A stretch of 64,000 nucleotides of DNA from Phoronis australis (Eukaryota; Animalia; Phoronida), in assembly GCA_002633005.1 (NCBI GenBank), contig NMRA01000164.1, forward strand, positions 108,289-172,288, read 5' to 3'. Positions 25,701 through 40,700 of this stretch are shown piece after piece; position 1 is the first letter of the stretch, and every line of letters begins with the position of its first letter. The notes beneath the pieces were generated by a model. That model was not told the DNA's origin. It did no database searches and saw only the letters and a program-made list of their open reading frames with translations. Both the position numbers and the translations under genes were made by a program.

Positions 25701-28700
25701 GTGTGACGTCATTGGATAATTTCAACACCTCCGTCTGCCGTCAGGTGTCAGATAACGCAACCGAACGTGCCGTTATTGAGTAGAACTACTCGAACTCAAA
25801 TTGATACAAACTAGGTTGTTTTTTGGGTGGTATTCTCCTTTACGATATGAATTGCAAAATCAAATGATGGCCTATAGCCAGAGCGTGTTTCCCATGATTT
25901 TGTAATTACATTCTAGAGTGATGAAAATTTAATGCGACTTATGTTATTCATCTTTATTATCTAGTTCCATTACCGGCGACTTGATTGTGCAACTATAATT
26001 ACTCGACCCTCTCAGCTTTCATTACCAGTAGTACACAAAAATTGACCACATATCTCAAACACAACCATTGAAACGTCAAACTTGTACCCCACATTTGATT
26101 CACGTAACACCCAGATGTTTACTCAAGCTATGACCACTTAAACACGTTAGTGACCCCATTTTATTCTGAGCAGCAGTGTGTTGTACCATTCAAGTTGAGG
26201 GTAGCTTAACCTGTGTGAATACTCAAAAGAAGGCAAGCATTTAACAGTTGTCAGGCAACAAGACAGTCAGATAATACACATACCAACAAGTAGTAAAAAC
26301 TCTCAACCTAGAGCACTGGCATCTGCAGATGGCAATGTACCATGTGAAACTCTTTTGACACTGCTTGCCTTTTACCACACCATCAACACCTTGTATGACA
26401 ATAAACTGACGTCAACGGTATCTGGCTCAATTGGCTAGATGATTCTCAGGGTAAATGTATTTAATGCATATTTGACCAAGTCAACCTTGCTGAACGATAC
26501 AAAATAAAACCATATTCTTTGCACAAACTAAGTTCTTCATAATAACACATTGTAATATAAACCGCCTTCCCCTAAAAAGCTGACACTGTTTTTTGCACAT
26601 CTTACTCCAGGCACAAACAGGCAGTTTGTGAGCACCCAAGTGTTCAAGCTCATACACAGCACGGATTAATGAAATGAAAATCAGTCATAATCTCATTTGC
26701 TTCGGTTCGATTCCTAATATCAAATATGCAGTGTTACAGTTCAATAAACAACACATTGCGGTAGAAGACTTGCAAAAACAGTTCAACTATTAGACCTGTA
26801 ACGATTAATTGTGACATATTGAATCGCAATATACAATCATTTCCACAGATATTTTTCATACAGATGTGCCTATCTGCGACTCTGGACAACTACTGCGTGA
26901 AGTCAAAGTACCCGTGTTCATATTTGTAAAGTATAGACCATGTAGACATCTTAATACTATAGACAGGGTGCATGAGCTACTGCAGCCGACAACTTGACGC
27001 CATATTGAAAAGTGTTTCTAGTCACGTGACACGTTTAATCGCCGTGTACACAAACGGGGCAAATTGCCCTTTGCAAAGTGTGATATCTAACACATAAAGA
27101 GGCACAAGAGTGTGAGTTTTTTCAGAAACATAGAAAAACATGTGATGTTGCACTAATATGCGTGTTTAAGAGTCAATCAGTCGATAGGGAAAATATCATA
27201 CTAATACAAGATCACAACCAATGGCAGATTTTCGAGTGGCCTGTGCATCTGCACGCTTGTCAATCCACTGTGAGCGATTAATTTTTTTTTCAAGAGAAAC
27301 CAATAAAGATTTCGTAAGGGATTTGTTTGTTTTGATACAACAGAAAATATCTGATTTTGGAATACATATTAAACAAGAGCAACGCAGAGCGTTGAAATGC
27401 GCCCACAATTGCACGTACCATATACGGTATCCTTCTAGGGTTGTTTATTGGTACCATAAAGTGGCCAGTAGAGGGCATATATGTTGTATGTTGTACTTTG
27501 CAAAATGGAAAGGCATGGTCCTTGTCTCCTCAATAGGCTAGGGGCAAAATGTGAGTAATCTTCATAATACAAGCACATCCTATACACCAGTTGCTTAAAG
27601 CACCACAGAAACATAGAATTAAAAACAAATTTACCAACATACGAGATTAGCACAGCATTAGAATGCCAGAAACAAATTTCTACTTGGAACTTTTCCTTCA
27701 TAGTCACGAAGTAACACAAAGTATACACCTGAAGACCTATGAAAATACAGAGGTCAATGTAAAATACTAAAATTGCCACTGGAGGCATACCTGTAGTAAG
27801 AATCATCCTAAAGTCGTCATCGTCCGTAGTCAACATCACATAAATACACTTGCTAAATTTAGTAAAGATCCTGCAAACGGTTTAGGAGATACAGCCATAG
27901 GCCAAAAAAAGCAAAACTGCCACTAGGAGGCGCCACAGTAGTCCAAATCGTCTGAAAATCATTGTCAGCTATCCTCTTTATAGTAAGCACATACATGCCA
28001 ATTTTATCAATCATCCTTTGAGCGGTTTGGTTGATAGAGGGGTGGACGCAAAAATACAGACTCGAAAACATTAAAAATGGCCACTAGGTGGCGCAAACTA
28101 TGTCGAATCCATCCGAAAACGGGAGGATAGCGTCATCTCACTAATAGGTACCTACATACCAAATTTCATGAAAATTCGTTCAGGACTTTTGAAGATACAA
28201 AGGTAAGCGTAAAAAGCTAAAATTGCCACTAGGGGGCACACCGGTAGTCGGATCAGTCCAAAAGTCATTATCTTCCGTTGTTAACATTATATACATATAC
28301 TTACACAATTTCGTAAAGATCCTGCGAACGGTTTAGGAGATACAGCCATAGGCGCAAAAAAAACAAAACTGCCACTAGGAGGCGCCACAGTAGTTGAAAT
28401 CGTTGGAAAATCATTGTCAACCATCCTCTACATAGTAAGCATATACATGCCAATTTTCACAATCATCCTTTGAGCGGTTTGGTTGATAGAGGGGTGGACG
28501 CACAAAAACAGACTCGAAAACACTAAAAATGGCCACTAGGTGGTGCAAACTATGTCGAATCCATCTGAAAACAGGAGGATAGCGTCATCTTACTAATAGG
28601 TGCCTACATACCAAATTTCATGAAAATCCGTTCAGGACTTTTGAAGATACAAAGGTAAGCGTAAAAAACTAAAATTGCCACTAGGGGGCACACCGGTAGT

Positions 28701-31700
28701 CGGATCCGTCCGAAAGTTCGCACATGCCGTCAAATTCATGAATGGAACATATGTGCCAAATTTCATGAACGTATGTCAAAGGGTTTTGGAGATAAAGCAG
28801 CGGACGCCGGACGGACGCCGCCCGGACGGACGGACGGAGATGACGGCATAATGCGTCCACATATAAATATGTGGGCGCATAAAAATGAGTTTTTAAAGCA
28901 CTATATTATTTCAATTAAGTATATATTATTCGCTTGGATGTATACCGATATGGATGGCTGGGGGGTAAGTTCAAGCATGCAGATGTTTCTCAGAACAAGT
29001 AAAAACACGATTGTCATTAATACCAAATAATTACTTACACTTAACAAACAGCATCATCATTGGATAAGAGCATATGCTGGTTAATATGTATTTCTTTAAT
29101 TGATCTAATATGGTCTCAATCACCAAGACTGAGAAGAAAACAATGCTCCACTTAAACTATGGTGGCAGAACATAAAAAACCTAGTGGCAGCACCACTAAA
29201 CTCCATGGCCGAACCAAAAAACCCAAGACTCAATGGCAGGACCTAGAAACTCGATTCTTTGGCTGCAGGCATAAAACTGCGACTCCCGCATTTCTTGACT
29301 GATCCCGTAGGGCTCCCAATGTTTTCCGCCATTTTGTCTTGTGTAACACTTTCCAATATGGCGGCATATTGAACACGCAAGCTTCATGTATCTGAGTGGC
29401 GCACGCCCGGTCTAAGTGATGTCAATGGTATAGACATTCAACATTTATACTTAGTAATAAATTAGGATAATTGGGCAAATTAGTCATCAAAAAATTGAAT
29501 GGAAAACACAACTCATCGTTACAGCTCTAGTTCCCCCACCCTACAATGCCCAATTAACGTTCACAGCCGTAACACTCACCCGTAGCCACCCCCTCCTTGA
29601 CGGTCCTGGTAGCTTCCACCACTGTAGCCGCCACCACCGCCGCCACTATAACCTCCACCACCACCACCACCGCCGCTTCCGTAGCTTCCCGATTGTTGGC
29701 TGCTGTAGCCACCCTGTTGCTGACCATAGCTATCGCCAGAGGGAGCAGCTTGTGCATAGCCTCCAGATGAGGCCTGCTGGCTGTAGCCACCTGAAAGATC
29801 GAGGCTATAAAGTTTGCAAGTGGAATACCCATAACAAAGACGTATGATTGAATTATCCCTGTGGTAGCATCTTATTCTGTGAACCAGGGAGATACATAGC
29901 CAACCACCTAGTCGCTTATGCAACTACAAAGGAGATGGACGAGACGTTCACTGGCTTGTCGTCAAAGTGGTGAGAGAATTTTCAGAGTGGTTTATTTTTC
30001 TGTGGGGCACTCAACCAAATTGTCTCTTCATGGATATATCAAAAACATGATTTGAAATTATTTCAGTTATTTTCAAAAGTGGGTTCTCTGACAAGGAAAT
30101 GGTATTTAACAAGGCATCAACCAAAAGACTTCATATTGTGTCACAAAAGAATTGGTCTTTCATCAGCTTTTAGAACCCATGTTTACTTGATACCAAAGTT
30201 TCAGAGATATGCTGAGGTCCTTCAAATTTTTTTCAAATGACCTGTTTTTTCCATATGCAGCATGGGTAAATCGACTCAATGCATCAGAAGCAATGCCGAC
30301 AATATGAATGGCAAGCAAATGCTTCAACCAAACAACCATGAAAATGCCAACATTCTGTACTCCCTACGCGTTGCAAACGATATTTTCTGATGCTTAACAG
30401 AATTTTTTAAAATAAAAAATGTCTGGGGCAGACGGGGACAATAAACAGGTTTATTTTTATGAACTAAATTGAAAGAACTCTGTGGAATGGATGATGACTT
30501 GGCAGTTTCTGGACACATGTCGCTACAGCATAGGCATTCGAGTGCAGAGAATCCAAGAGAACTACCAAGTCACTCAGATCGAAGATACCCCCTATGGCAG
30601 CACCATCTAGATGTTAATTCTTTTATCAACATTTGGCAGCAAGTTCATCAAATGCAAAACACAACCTCTGAATCCTGAAAAGCACAGTTCAATTAATACT
30701 CTTAAACTCAAAGTCGCCCAGCTGCAGTTCTTGAAGCCTAATATATCCCCCTGAACTATATACAAACAAAATGAAACATATCGATCAATGAGTTAACATG
30801 GAACACTTGCACAAAACAACTGGTTAGAGAGAAATTAGAAGGAAGCATGACACTGAAACCTAAGCATTAACAACATCGTAATCACTAAGAAGCAAAGAGT
30901 AACAAAAGAAATGACCACATACACCATGGCATCAAAAGAGAATAAACAAATTTTGGCTCTCCAACAAGTTTACAGTAGAGAGTTCTCAGTCACTCTGACC
31001 ATGTCCACGATTCTGTGCTGATGATTACACAAGTACAGAAAGCATATCAAACTCTTGTCAAGGTAGACTCCACTTCTCCGGGCTGAAACCAAATTTGGAC
31101 GGAAGACAAGAATGAAAATACACGACCACAATGTTACATAGATGGAGTGTCCACCTTCTACCCACACAAAGCTACAAGTTGGCGTTACCTTGGTAACTGT
31201 AGCCAGCAGGCTGACTCAACGCATGGGACTGAACACCATACTGGGCTGTAAAGAACAACTCAAGTTCAGTTGACATCTGTTTGGTCAATTGTTATTCAGA
31301 TGGCCAAACATGTTTTGCAAGTAATAAGGTCCCATTTGATTACCATTTCGTTTAAACTCGTCTTAAGAGTTACTGTTTTTACCTCCTAAGTACTGCGATC
31401 CAAAACATTAATAAAACTATTGGAGATCAGAGAGTCTCACTCAGAATTTGTCAACTCAACTTGGTCGAACTGATGAACATTTCTCCTAATCGCCAAGGGG
31501 GACCATAAATCAAAATTGCACTTCTGCATTAGTTTACAAGTGCAAACGTATCAACTTGTTTAGAGATCAAAATATGCACCAACTCTGTACAGGGCAGGGC
31601 AAACATTCTCGTCACTGGGAAAAAATGAAGGCACAGAACCTTTCAATTGAGGCGAGCGAGGTCCCTGGCACAGCCTAATCTGGTAGCTCATCTGAACGCA

Positions 31701-34700
31701 CAGACCTCCAGCACAAGATAGCAGCACCACTCAACACCTACCTGACTGTCCATACTGGCTCTGCTGCCCATACTGGGACTGAGCCTGTGGTTGTTGACCA
31801 TATCCCTGCTGTTGGCCATAGGCAGATTGTTGACCAGCTGCCTGACCACCACTCTGGTACTGGCTCTGGTCGTAGCCAGAATACCCACTGCTTTGACTGT
31901 AGCCCTGCAATAAATAAGCCTGGTGAACTCTGAAGCCATATTGCTAATTAATTAGGCATTTTTTATATGCGCAATGTTTTAACCAATACCTTTTCCCAAA
32001 GCAGCAGGACTCTACAAGACTCGTGTCTTCAACAACTGAATGCAGTTTGACAGTTTGAAATACCACAGATGTATTAAATCAAAAACCATACTTCACAAAT
32101 AAATGTAACAGTTTACCCCCCCTTCAACTTTATCATAGATAGTGTAACAGATACTCGTAACATCCTTTATAACTCTTAGTACATCAGTAGCTTGTTTCTT
32201 TTTTAATGAGGGTAGCCTCATCAGCGCATAGGCTGCTTTCTTTGACGGCCTTCAACTCATTCACTCTTCAAGCACTCCCGCATCATTCACTGAGCACAAG
32301 GAGGCAGTGGAATGAAAACATGGCTTAAATTCAAGCCTCACAATTAGTGAGAGTCAGCAGTTCAAACTATTGCCTACCTCCACCCATTACTTCCAATAAA
32401 GTTAAGTGTATTGATAAAGTGTCAGTTACCTGTGTGGATGCAGCAGTAGGCTGCTGGCTATATCCACTTTGTTGCGAGTAGCCAGATGTGTCATAACCAC
32501 CCTGTTGATAGTTGCCATAGCTGAAACATCAAGCACAATTTAATGTCTCACAACTGAGTGTACAAACCACTTCCAGTGTAAGTGATGACGGTACAAAGTG
32601 ATTTTGTAGTAAACTTCTAATAAAAAGGTGGAGATTCACAAAATAGCAAACTTTGGTTCTAAAACTGCATATTTCAGCTAGCCACGGTCTAGTTAACCAA
32701 CCTTGTTCCATAGAAAGATCAGCTATTCTGTGTGATGTTATGTACATTGCTACTTATTGTAATATCAGCTTGTGCAAAAAATTCTGCAGGCAAACCATAT
32801 TTTGGAATAAACTGAAATATTTAGGCTATCCCGTCAGGCTGTTCGGATAGTCACTGACATCTTGTTGGCACCCACACCTCCAGTTCACTGAATTCAAAAT
32901 ACGTTGAGTTTATACACACTTCGAACTAAGTGCTAGTTCCCTTATCCATTCGCACATTGGCTAAATTTCTCAGTAGTGATAGATCTGAAATCAAGTTTTT
33001 TATCAAGATTAGCTATGCATCAACAAGGCTGGTGAAAAACAGTACCAGTTCCTTAAAATTCCATTAGAAACGACAAAGGTCCAACTTGGAGGGAAAATTG
33101 TTTCTCAAGCATATGTACATTACAAAATTGTAAGGAAAATGAACAATTTTATCAAGTGTCATCACAAAGTGAAGCATCCATCACTTTCCAGTGACTAAAA
33201 AATTGGGTAACCTCAATTTTTTTTGAAACGCGTACCTCGGGTTTACCCAGTTTGCTAGTTACAACTTTTTTTCACAAGTGGGAGACAGGAAGAAGCAGGG
33301 CAGCAACTGCCAACATCTGACAAGCAAATAGAATCCAGTGTTCTCCACGACCTGTTTCGACTCGTCGCGGCAACGAGTTTGGATTTTGCCGATACAAGTT
33401 TGGAGAATTTAGCGCATCAGGTATAAAAATTGCAGTGTCCGGTTTAAAACTTTGGCTGGCTTGGCACTTCAGCCCTCAGTGTCAAAGCAAAGGATGATTT
33501 TATTAACATCAAGCATAACGCCCTCTGTTCAGAGGCAGTTAACAATTTCATTGTATTAAAAGAGTGTACTTGCTCAGAAAATAGGGCGAAATTCTTTTCA
33601 CAACAACATTTTATGGTTCTTAAATGAATGACTAAATCTACTTTGTCATTGTAACCTTAAAATTTTGCATTTAAACCTGTAACGCAACAATTTGATATGC
33701 TTAATAAAGATAACTTTGACTAACACCTGGTGGCAAATTAGAACTTTTCAGCTTATTCAACTGGAAAACAGGTGTCACTAAAAATTAGGTCACACCAGAA
33801 CAGATTCGTAGTATTTATATGTAGAATTGATATTAGAATTGACAGACTCAGAACAGCAAACAAAAGGTTATAAGTTCCTTTAATAATATCAGTCACAAAT
33901 GCTTTGGAGGACTATTATGGTGATGCATTGGTAGGAAAGCCACACTTAGAAGTGTCAAAAAGTAGGTCACACCAGTTCAGTGTACATTTTTGAAACATAC
34001 CGTAACACCTCCAGAGGATATGTTAGGGCTAGAGAAAGACAGTGTTGACTACTGGTGTCAACTTGAGTTTGGAATGGGGCTATTCGGAAAATCTACAATA
34101 ACTAGAGGGCGCACGTGTACTAGTACAGCCTCGATTTCGCGAGCCCTTTAAATACATGGTGAAATGGCTTGTAGCCGTGCCAACTGAATCTGAGATTGCG
34201 TGAAAAGGGTGCTTCTATGAGAGGAAGTAGGCACGACCTCATACAAAGGTCAGGTTTGTGCTTATTTTAACGATTATTCCATGATTATTCTACCGATGCC
34301 TGTTAACTGAGGTATTTGCCGATGTCGACTTCGCGGCAGTCAGTCGCCAGTCTGGTTAATCTTTGTTTGTTGTGATATGTGATATGTGATACGATACTTG
34401 ACGTAGCAATCGGGATCTTTTCGTACATCAAAGCATCATTATTGTTTGGAATGATTTCTAACAGTTTATCAGTGACAGTTACATCAATCAACGCTGAATG
34501 TTTATAGGCTGTGAACTTGATACAGGTTAATGAGTTAAGATTACAATCCAAGCCCAATGGCAAAGGGTACATGAGTGACAAACATCCATTGCATTAGACT
34601 ATTTGTTTACTCCCTATCATATGTCGTCTGGAAATCTATTACACGAAATGGAAATCTATCACGTCAGTTTTCAAGTAACCTTTGGTTTTTAGGTTTGAGG

Positions 34701-37700
34701 GCTTGTACCGTGCAGAGGAGATATGCATCGCTTCTGCACCGTCCCTGAATGGACAAAAATTGGGTTTTTAGCATTTGACTACAGCTAACCAACAAGATCT
34801 TCCCATCCAGTGCAGATCTGTTGTCTGAAGCCAACTTTCAATATTGGAGACAACGAACAAAGCCTTTAAAAATGAACAGCTATTAATTTACTTATTCAGG
34901 TCCTTAGCGGAGGATTGGCATGGGGGGTTGGGGCTGTAATATTTGGTACAACTGAATGAGTGGAAATAACAGGTAATACATGTTTGGGGAAAAGAGCATG
35001 GTGAGGTAATTCTTAACCTTCATGAAGTCCCTTCAAGTTGATTTCATGAAACTGTTTTGGTACTTGTATCAATTGTAAACCCATGAAAATATATTACATT
35101 TTCTGAATTCACANTTGAAGTTGTCTCAAAAAACTTGTATATTTTTCAGAAAAGTGATGCGTTTAAAGAATTGTTATGGCTAGGAATAAAAAATAAAGAC
35201 ACAGTTTTATGCAATACTTCATATATACATCCTTGGTTTCCGAAAATAGTAATTATTTAATTTTATGTGAAAATGTAGAGCAGTCACCATATATTTTTGA
35301 AAAACAGGGATAACATTTTTGATCCCATCTGGAGTACTTAATTATTCATATTTCAATATTTGTTCCAAGTTCAGTGACATTTTAAGGCCACTTCAAGCTG
35401 TATCATAGACAAGCTTTGTTACTCCGTTCTCTTCCCACAGCACTTCCACACACCAGCAGTGCTGCATGGCACAATGTACAAGTCAGTGGCCCTGGAGAAA
35501 TGTGAATCGCAGTACTAAGTTACCTTAAGACAATGTGCCAGTGGACTGTCTGTGTATTCAGACGAACTATATCTGACTGCTACACAAATAAGCCTTGTTG
35601 GTGAGGATGCCCTTTCATAGGCAATGAGTCATGTGTGGACAATAGCTTATTTCCTTTCCTGGACAAAACATGAGGGACTGAAGTTAAAGAAGACCTAGTG
35701 ACACTCTGGTCTAGTTCAGGGTCTGATTTTGGGCTCAAAACGATTCAAGTGATATGCTGCTGTGTTTACCTTCAAGGGTCTAATTGTGAATGCTGAATGA
35801 GGTTACATCAAAGAAAGCCACATGTTGAAACTGGACCTTTTTTACAAGCGCTTCTATAGGCCATTGAAACTAGATCCCAGTGAAATGAAAGCCAAAAGCT
35901 GAGTGACATTAAATTTTCCTTTCAGAAGAAAGGCTTTATACTATTGGTAAAAACTTTTCAATTTGGTGCACATTATGAGGAAATGACATTCAGTGACTGC
36001 ATCGATTGTCTTATTGTATGTTTTCAATTGTAGCTAGCTGGATAAGAATCTGCTATGCACAAGATTCGAGAATAAACAATTATCAGTGCATTTAAAAACA
36101 AATGGCAAACTGAAAAAGCACAGAAAGAAACAACATTGCGACGGAGTCCAGGCATATCAGGTGCTGAATTTCTGAATTACGTGGTCGGGCAGTTGGTTTC
36201 AGTTGTTTTTTCTCACCTGTAACAGAATAGTCAGAGAAATATAAGCAAATTGTAAAAGAAAAGACAAGACAAAACTACTTTTGTAAGGCAGAACATACTT
36301 AACATTTCATCTTCATGTTTATGTGTAGAAACTAATAACATTTGTACCCAAGTCTTATTTAATATCTGAATTAATTGTGAAACAGGCTAAAAGTGATTTA
36401 ACAAATAATGTGTATTTTTCATGACACTTAAAATGTGCTTCTGATCTCAACAAGTAAAATTCATTCTAGGTGTCAATTTTTTTCCAATGCAATGTTACAA
36501 CATTTACTGAATTAAGGCTTATTCATGTTAATTCGATAACTGATCTGGTAGTCCTGGGGGTGGGGTCCACGACAAAATAAGGAAACTCTAGAGAATTTTA
36601 TTGGAAACAGCATAGTTTTGAAGAGAAACTGCTGTGAAAAAGTCACCCTTGACTTCTGTGCATTACGTAACATACACCTCTTATTTTGGGAGCACTCCCA
36701 CCCAATATGAATATGTGCTGCTAGCCTACCCGGCATCAGGTGAGTTTCCTAAAATAAACACTTAGTTCCACTCAATAAACCTGTTATTCAGTGGGGTAAC
36801 TGGTGGGGATAACATCACCAAACGATGTTGATAGAAACTGATTGCTAAAAACTTACTAAGTAAAGTTGTGTAGTCTCCGAATGGAACTGCATAATCATAG
36901 AGCACACACGGGGCTTCAGCATCCACACACTTTTTGTCAGTTACTTGACCCTGTTGACCGCAATTGTCCACGAATATAGTAACCTTAGGTCTTTTGGGAA
37001 TTTGTGGCCACCTGTCAAAGACTTGCACCAGGAAAATTAGCAGTAATAAGGCTTAGCGCGACGACGTACTTGATAAAAATTCCATCTTTTACCAGTTGTT
37101 TACATGCAGACAGCCACGCATGCGCAATTCAATCACCACTAGTACAGCAGCGACACCGCGAGGAGAATTCTCCGAATAGCCCCATTAGTAGTGTGGAGAA
37201 CACTGGAATCATATTGAAAAAGATATTTCTTAAGGTGGGAAGTTTAACATACCCTTGGGCAGCCTGGGCGCCACCACCTCCATAAGCACTGTACTCTGCA
37301 AAACACAGAAACAAACTGATGTCAAAAAACACAATTAACATGTCCCATTTACAGGCCATTTTTACACCGAGGATGCCCCTATTTTATACTGCAAGCACCA
37401 GGAGTGCCCACTGTGTAAAAATGGTCAGTTGCCGATTTGGGCAACTGAACAAATGACTGCTCGAAAAAAGTTTGATTATGGAAGTAGTTGTTAGAGTTGG
37501 AAGGAAATAAAGACATCAATGGCCTCCTAACAGGGTTTGACGCAATGAGCTGCAGGTCGCATTTGTGACCTGAAATTTGGAAATGCAAGCTGAGATTTTT
37601 GTCAGCTCGTATCATTGGTCGCAAAATGCAACCTGGAATTTCCAACGTATGCGATCTGAGTTTTTACACTTCTCGGCAGATACCTGGCAAATATAAAGGA

Positions 37701-40700
37701 ACTCTTGTTAATCCGACTGTTATTAGGTTGTTACCAAATCCAAGTTCAAAAGAACAATAACCAAGAACAGCCCTCCTGATGACTTGTAAGCAAGTTGCAT
37801 GAACATGAAATATGCAGAATCGATCTTTGACGCGTTTCATTGGCTAACATTTTCGGCCACTTTTGTAAATTTCCGGATTCGCCGAAGAAAGTTTCGGGCC
37901 ACTACATAACCTGCGATAAAACGTCATAAAACAACGATGTTTCTACTAATTCTTAAGCGACCAACTTACAAAACCTTGTGGTGGACAGATATGTTTATTT
38001 TTCGCGCAAGATGTCCTTATCACATGTATCCACAACAATATCCTTGATATCGCACTGCGACACTAATCGGTCCCGTTGTTAGCACGCAAGCAGGCTCGCA
38101 AGACAATCGTGCGTCTCATTTTTTATCACATAAAACAGTCAAAGTGAAAACGACAACCCTATTAATAAGATCCGACAGTCCTGAAAAAAATCATTGTGCG
38201 AAGAATTTGTAGACCACGAGTCTCGCCGCCATGTTGGTAATAAGCCGTGACAAGACACTTCAAACTTCCACCATGCTTGAAAAAGAACGCAAGCACGAAT
38301 CAAAGACTAATAAAAACATGACCTTTATTCAATTAAAAGCAGTGGAAAGGGAGGGCGCGCTACAAGTACTTGTCATCGAAAGTCTACGAGAACTATTTTT
38401 TCATGAAACGGGTAGCAAAGCATCGGCAAGAAATAAGTATTAGCACTTATTTCTGAAAGTTTCTAATGCCGTAAAAACGTTTTGCATTATTTTTAAAGGG
38501 AATTATTAAATTAGTCATAATTGGTGGTTTTTTAAGGAAAAATGACCCGATATAGTGAATACTTCCGCAACCTTACACCCCCTGAATCTCCTGAAAATAA
38601 CTGTTAGACCATGTCATGAACACATCCACTACCACAAGAAACTATAGGAACACAGCATTTATCCACCTTCACTCTTATCAGGCTTCTATTGTGAGTCAGC
38701 ATGCGTGAATAATTGGCTGATAAGCCACCTATGGAACTACTTTTGGCTGAATGGATGACCAGGCCATAAAATGATAATTAGCCAAGACCAGTTAAATAAT
38801 GCTGCATGGAATAGTTAATACCTTCATGGGAATTTTCTGCTAGTCTTTCGCCGAAAGTGTTTTAAAAAACTTGGTTTACCGACCTCTGATTTTCTGGATT
38901 AAGCAAACATTAAAATTCAAATTTGCAACGTTTTCATTTCCGCCATCATTATGCTATGGAAACAAGAAAAAAATGGCAAAAAGTCCGTACAAGCAACAAA
39001 GAATATGTCTTAGCATCACCTAGCCATGGTGGAAAGCTGTATACCGGGCGCTAAGAAAAAATCAATTCACGGGGAGGGGACGCTTATTGTAGCCTAAGGC
39101 AGTTGAAACCCGGTTTCCGAAACGGGTAAAATTGGAAGCTAGGATTTATCAAATTTACGCTCTGTGACGTATTTATAGCCTATGACAGTCTTTCTACAAA
39201 ATTGTGGTGCATTGCTATCAAACTCCGTTGTTAAATTACGATAATTTTTCAAAAAAATTGTGCTGAAATCCCAGGGCGAAAACTTGCCGACTTCTACGTC
39301 GCTAAATCGCGATCGTCGATAGGAAAACTTGAATTCTTGAATAAAAATGTTTAGTTTCGACTCAACAAATTACCTGAAATGCTCCTTATGTTTCACAATT
39401 TTTTAGTTCATGTGGAGTTCAGATTAATTGGGATTAAGTCCACACAACACGAGAAAAATCTGTGGGTGAACACACATGTTGTTGTCACGTGACATTTGTT
39501 TTGAAGTTCGTCTGTGTATAAGAGTGAGTGAGCGAGCACGTGCGGGTCATCGACTGACTTTTGTTACAAAAGGCGGAGGATTATGCAAGAAAATGGCATT
39601 TATTAGATTGTTTTTCACTTAAACGGCTGCAACTGCAAGGTGAGTGCCGGTTAACTTACAGATTTTGTGTGCACAGGCAGACGGTCGTTAGCTCTACTGT
39701 GGAGTAAAACATTATAAGTCCTAGGCTTCATCTACATGGGGACGAGGTGACGAGGTGAACTACCCATACCCAGGCTGTGTGAAATTTCTGGGTCTAACGG
39801 AGACACTGACGCAGTGGTACCTATAGTCAGCCAGCTCGCTGTATCAAGACTATCGTCAAAATCCAAATTCGTTTTATTGTGTCCTGTCAATAATAACGGC
39901 ATGCTAAAGTTTCTTAATGTTCGTACTTCAGGAACATAACGATCCCATATTTTGTATAAATACGCGCATGCCACAGATCACATCTCGGAAATTTCCGATT
40001 AGACGGATGACAATGAATGAGCACAATGAAATTTAACAACGTCGTTTTACAGCTTTGAAAACTGCAATGCATGTGTTCCAAAATCTAAATAACTTGGGTC
40101 CTATATTTTTGTATTCGTACGCGCCGAATGAAAATAATTGTGAGTGTTGCTGTGTTGCTAAATCTTTTATTCTGGGCCGATTTGAAAAATTCAACGTTGT
40201 ACCAACATTTTTTTCTCTCCTCTCTTCAAATATTACACTCAAAACTACGTAAAACGCTCTCCATAAAAAGTACGGTCATCTAGGCTAGATTGTAATCAGC
40301 TGATCGTATCCGCATGAGCGAAGCCAATTATTCTCGCTTGTGACTCGATGAATAGAGCAGCTAGGCAGGATCCCTTTGACCGTGAGCTGAGTGCATCACA
40401 GCCATGGTAGATAAATATGGTCTAGTTCAATCGGCCAAACCCCAAGGTTTTCCCTGATCTGTGGGGTTGTGACGTCATCTCGTTTAGTGGGAATGTTCAC
40501 AGCATTACTGTCACGCATCCACCCGGCTACTCAATGACCGGCCTTACCGAGACAAATCTTGACCGTTTTTAGCAGATGTGATCAACAAGTGCTAAATATA
40601 ACACGTTCTGCTTTACTGCTTGTGTTAATTTCCTTAGTTACGAACACCTAGATCGTTACAAAGCGTTTACTCTGGCAAATGAACTCTCATCGAATGACAA

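Noticed and set aside
26424-26714. tRNA A-box (TGGCTCAATTGG) and B-box (GGTTCGATTCC)
   Set aside because: About 270 nt apart, with no cloverleaf.
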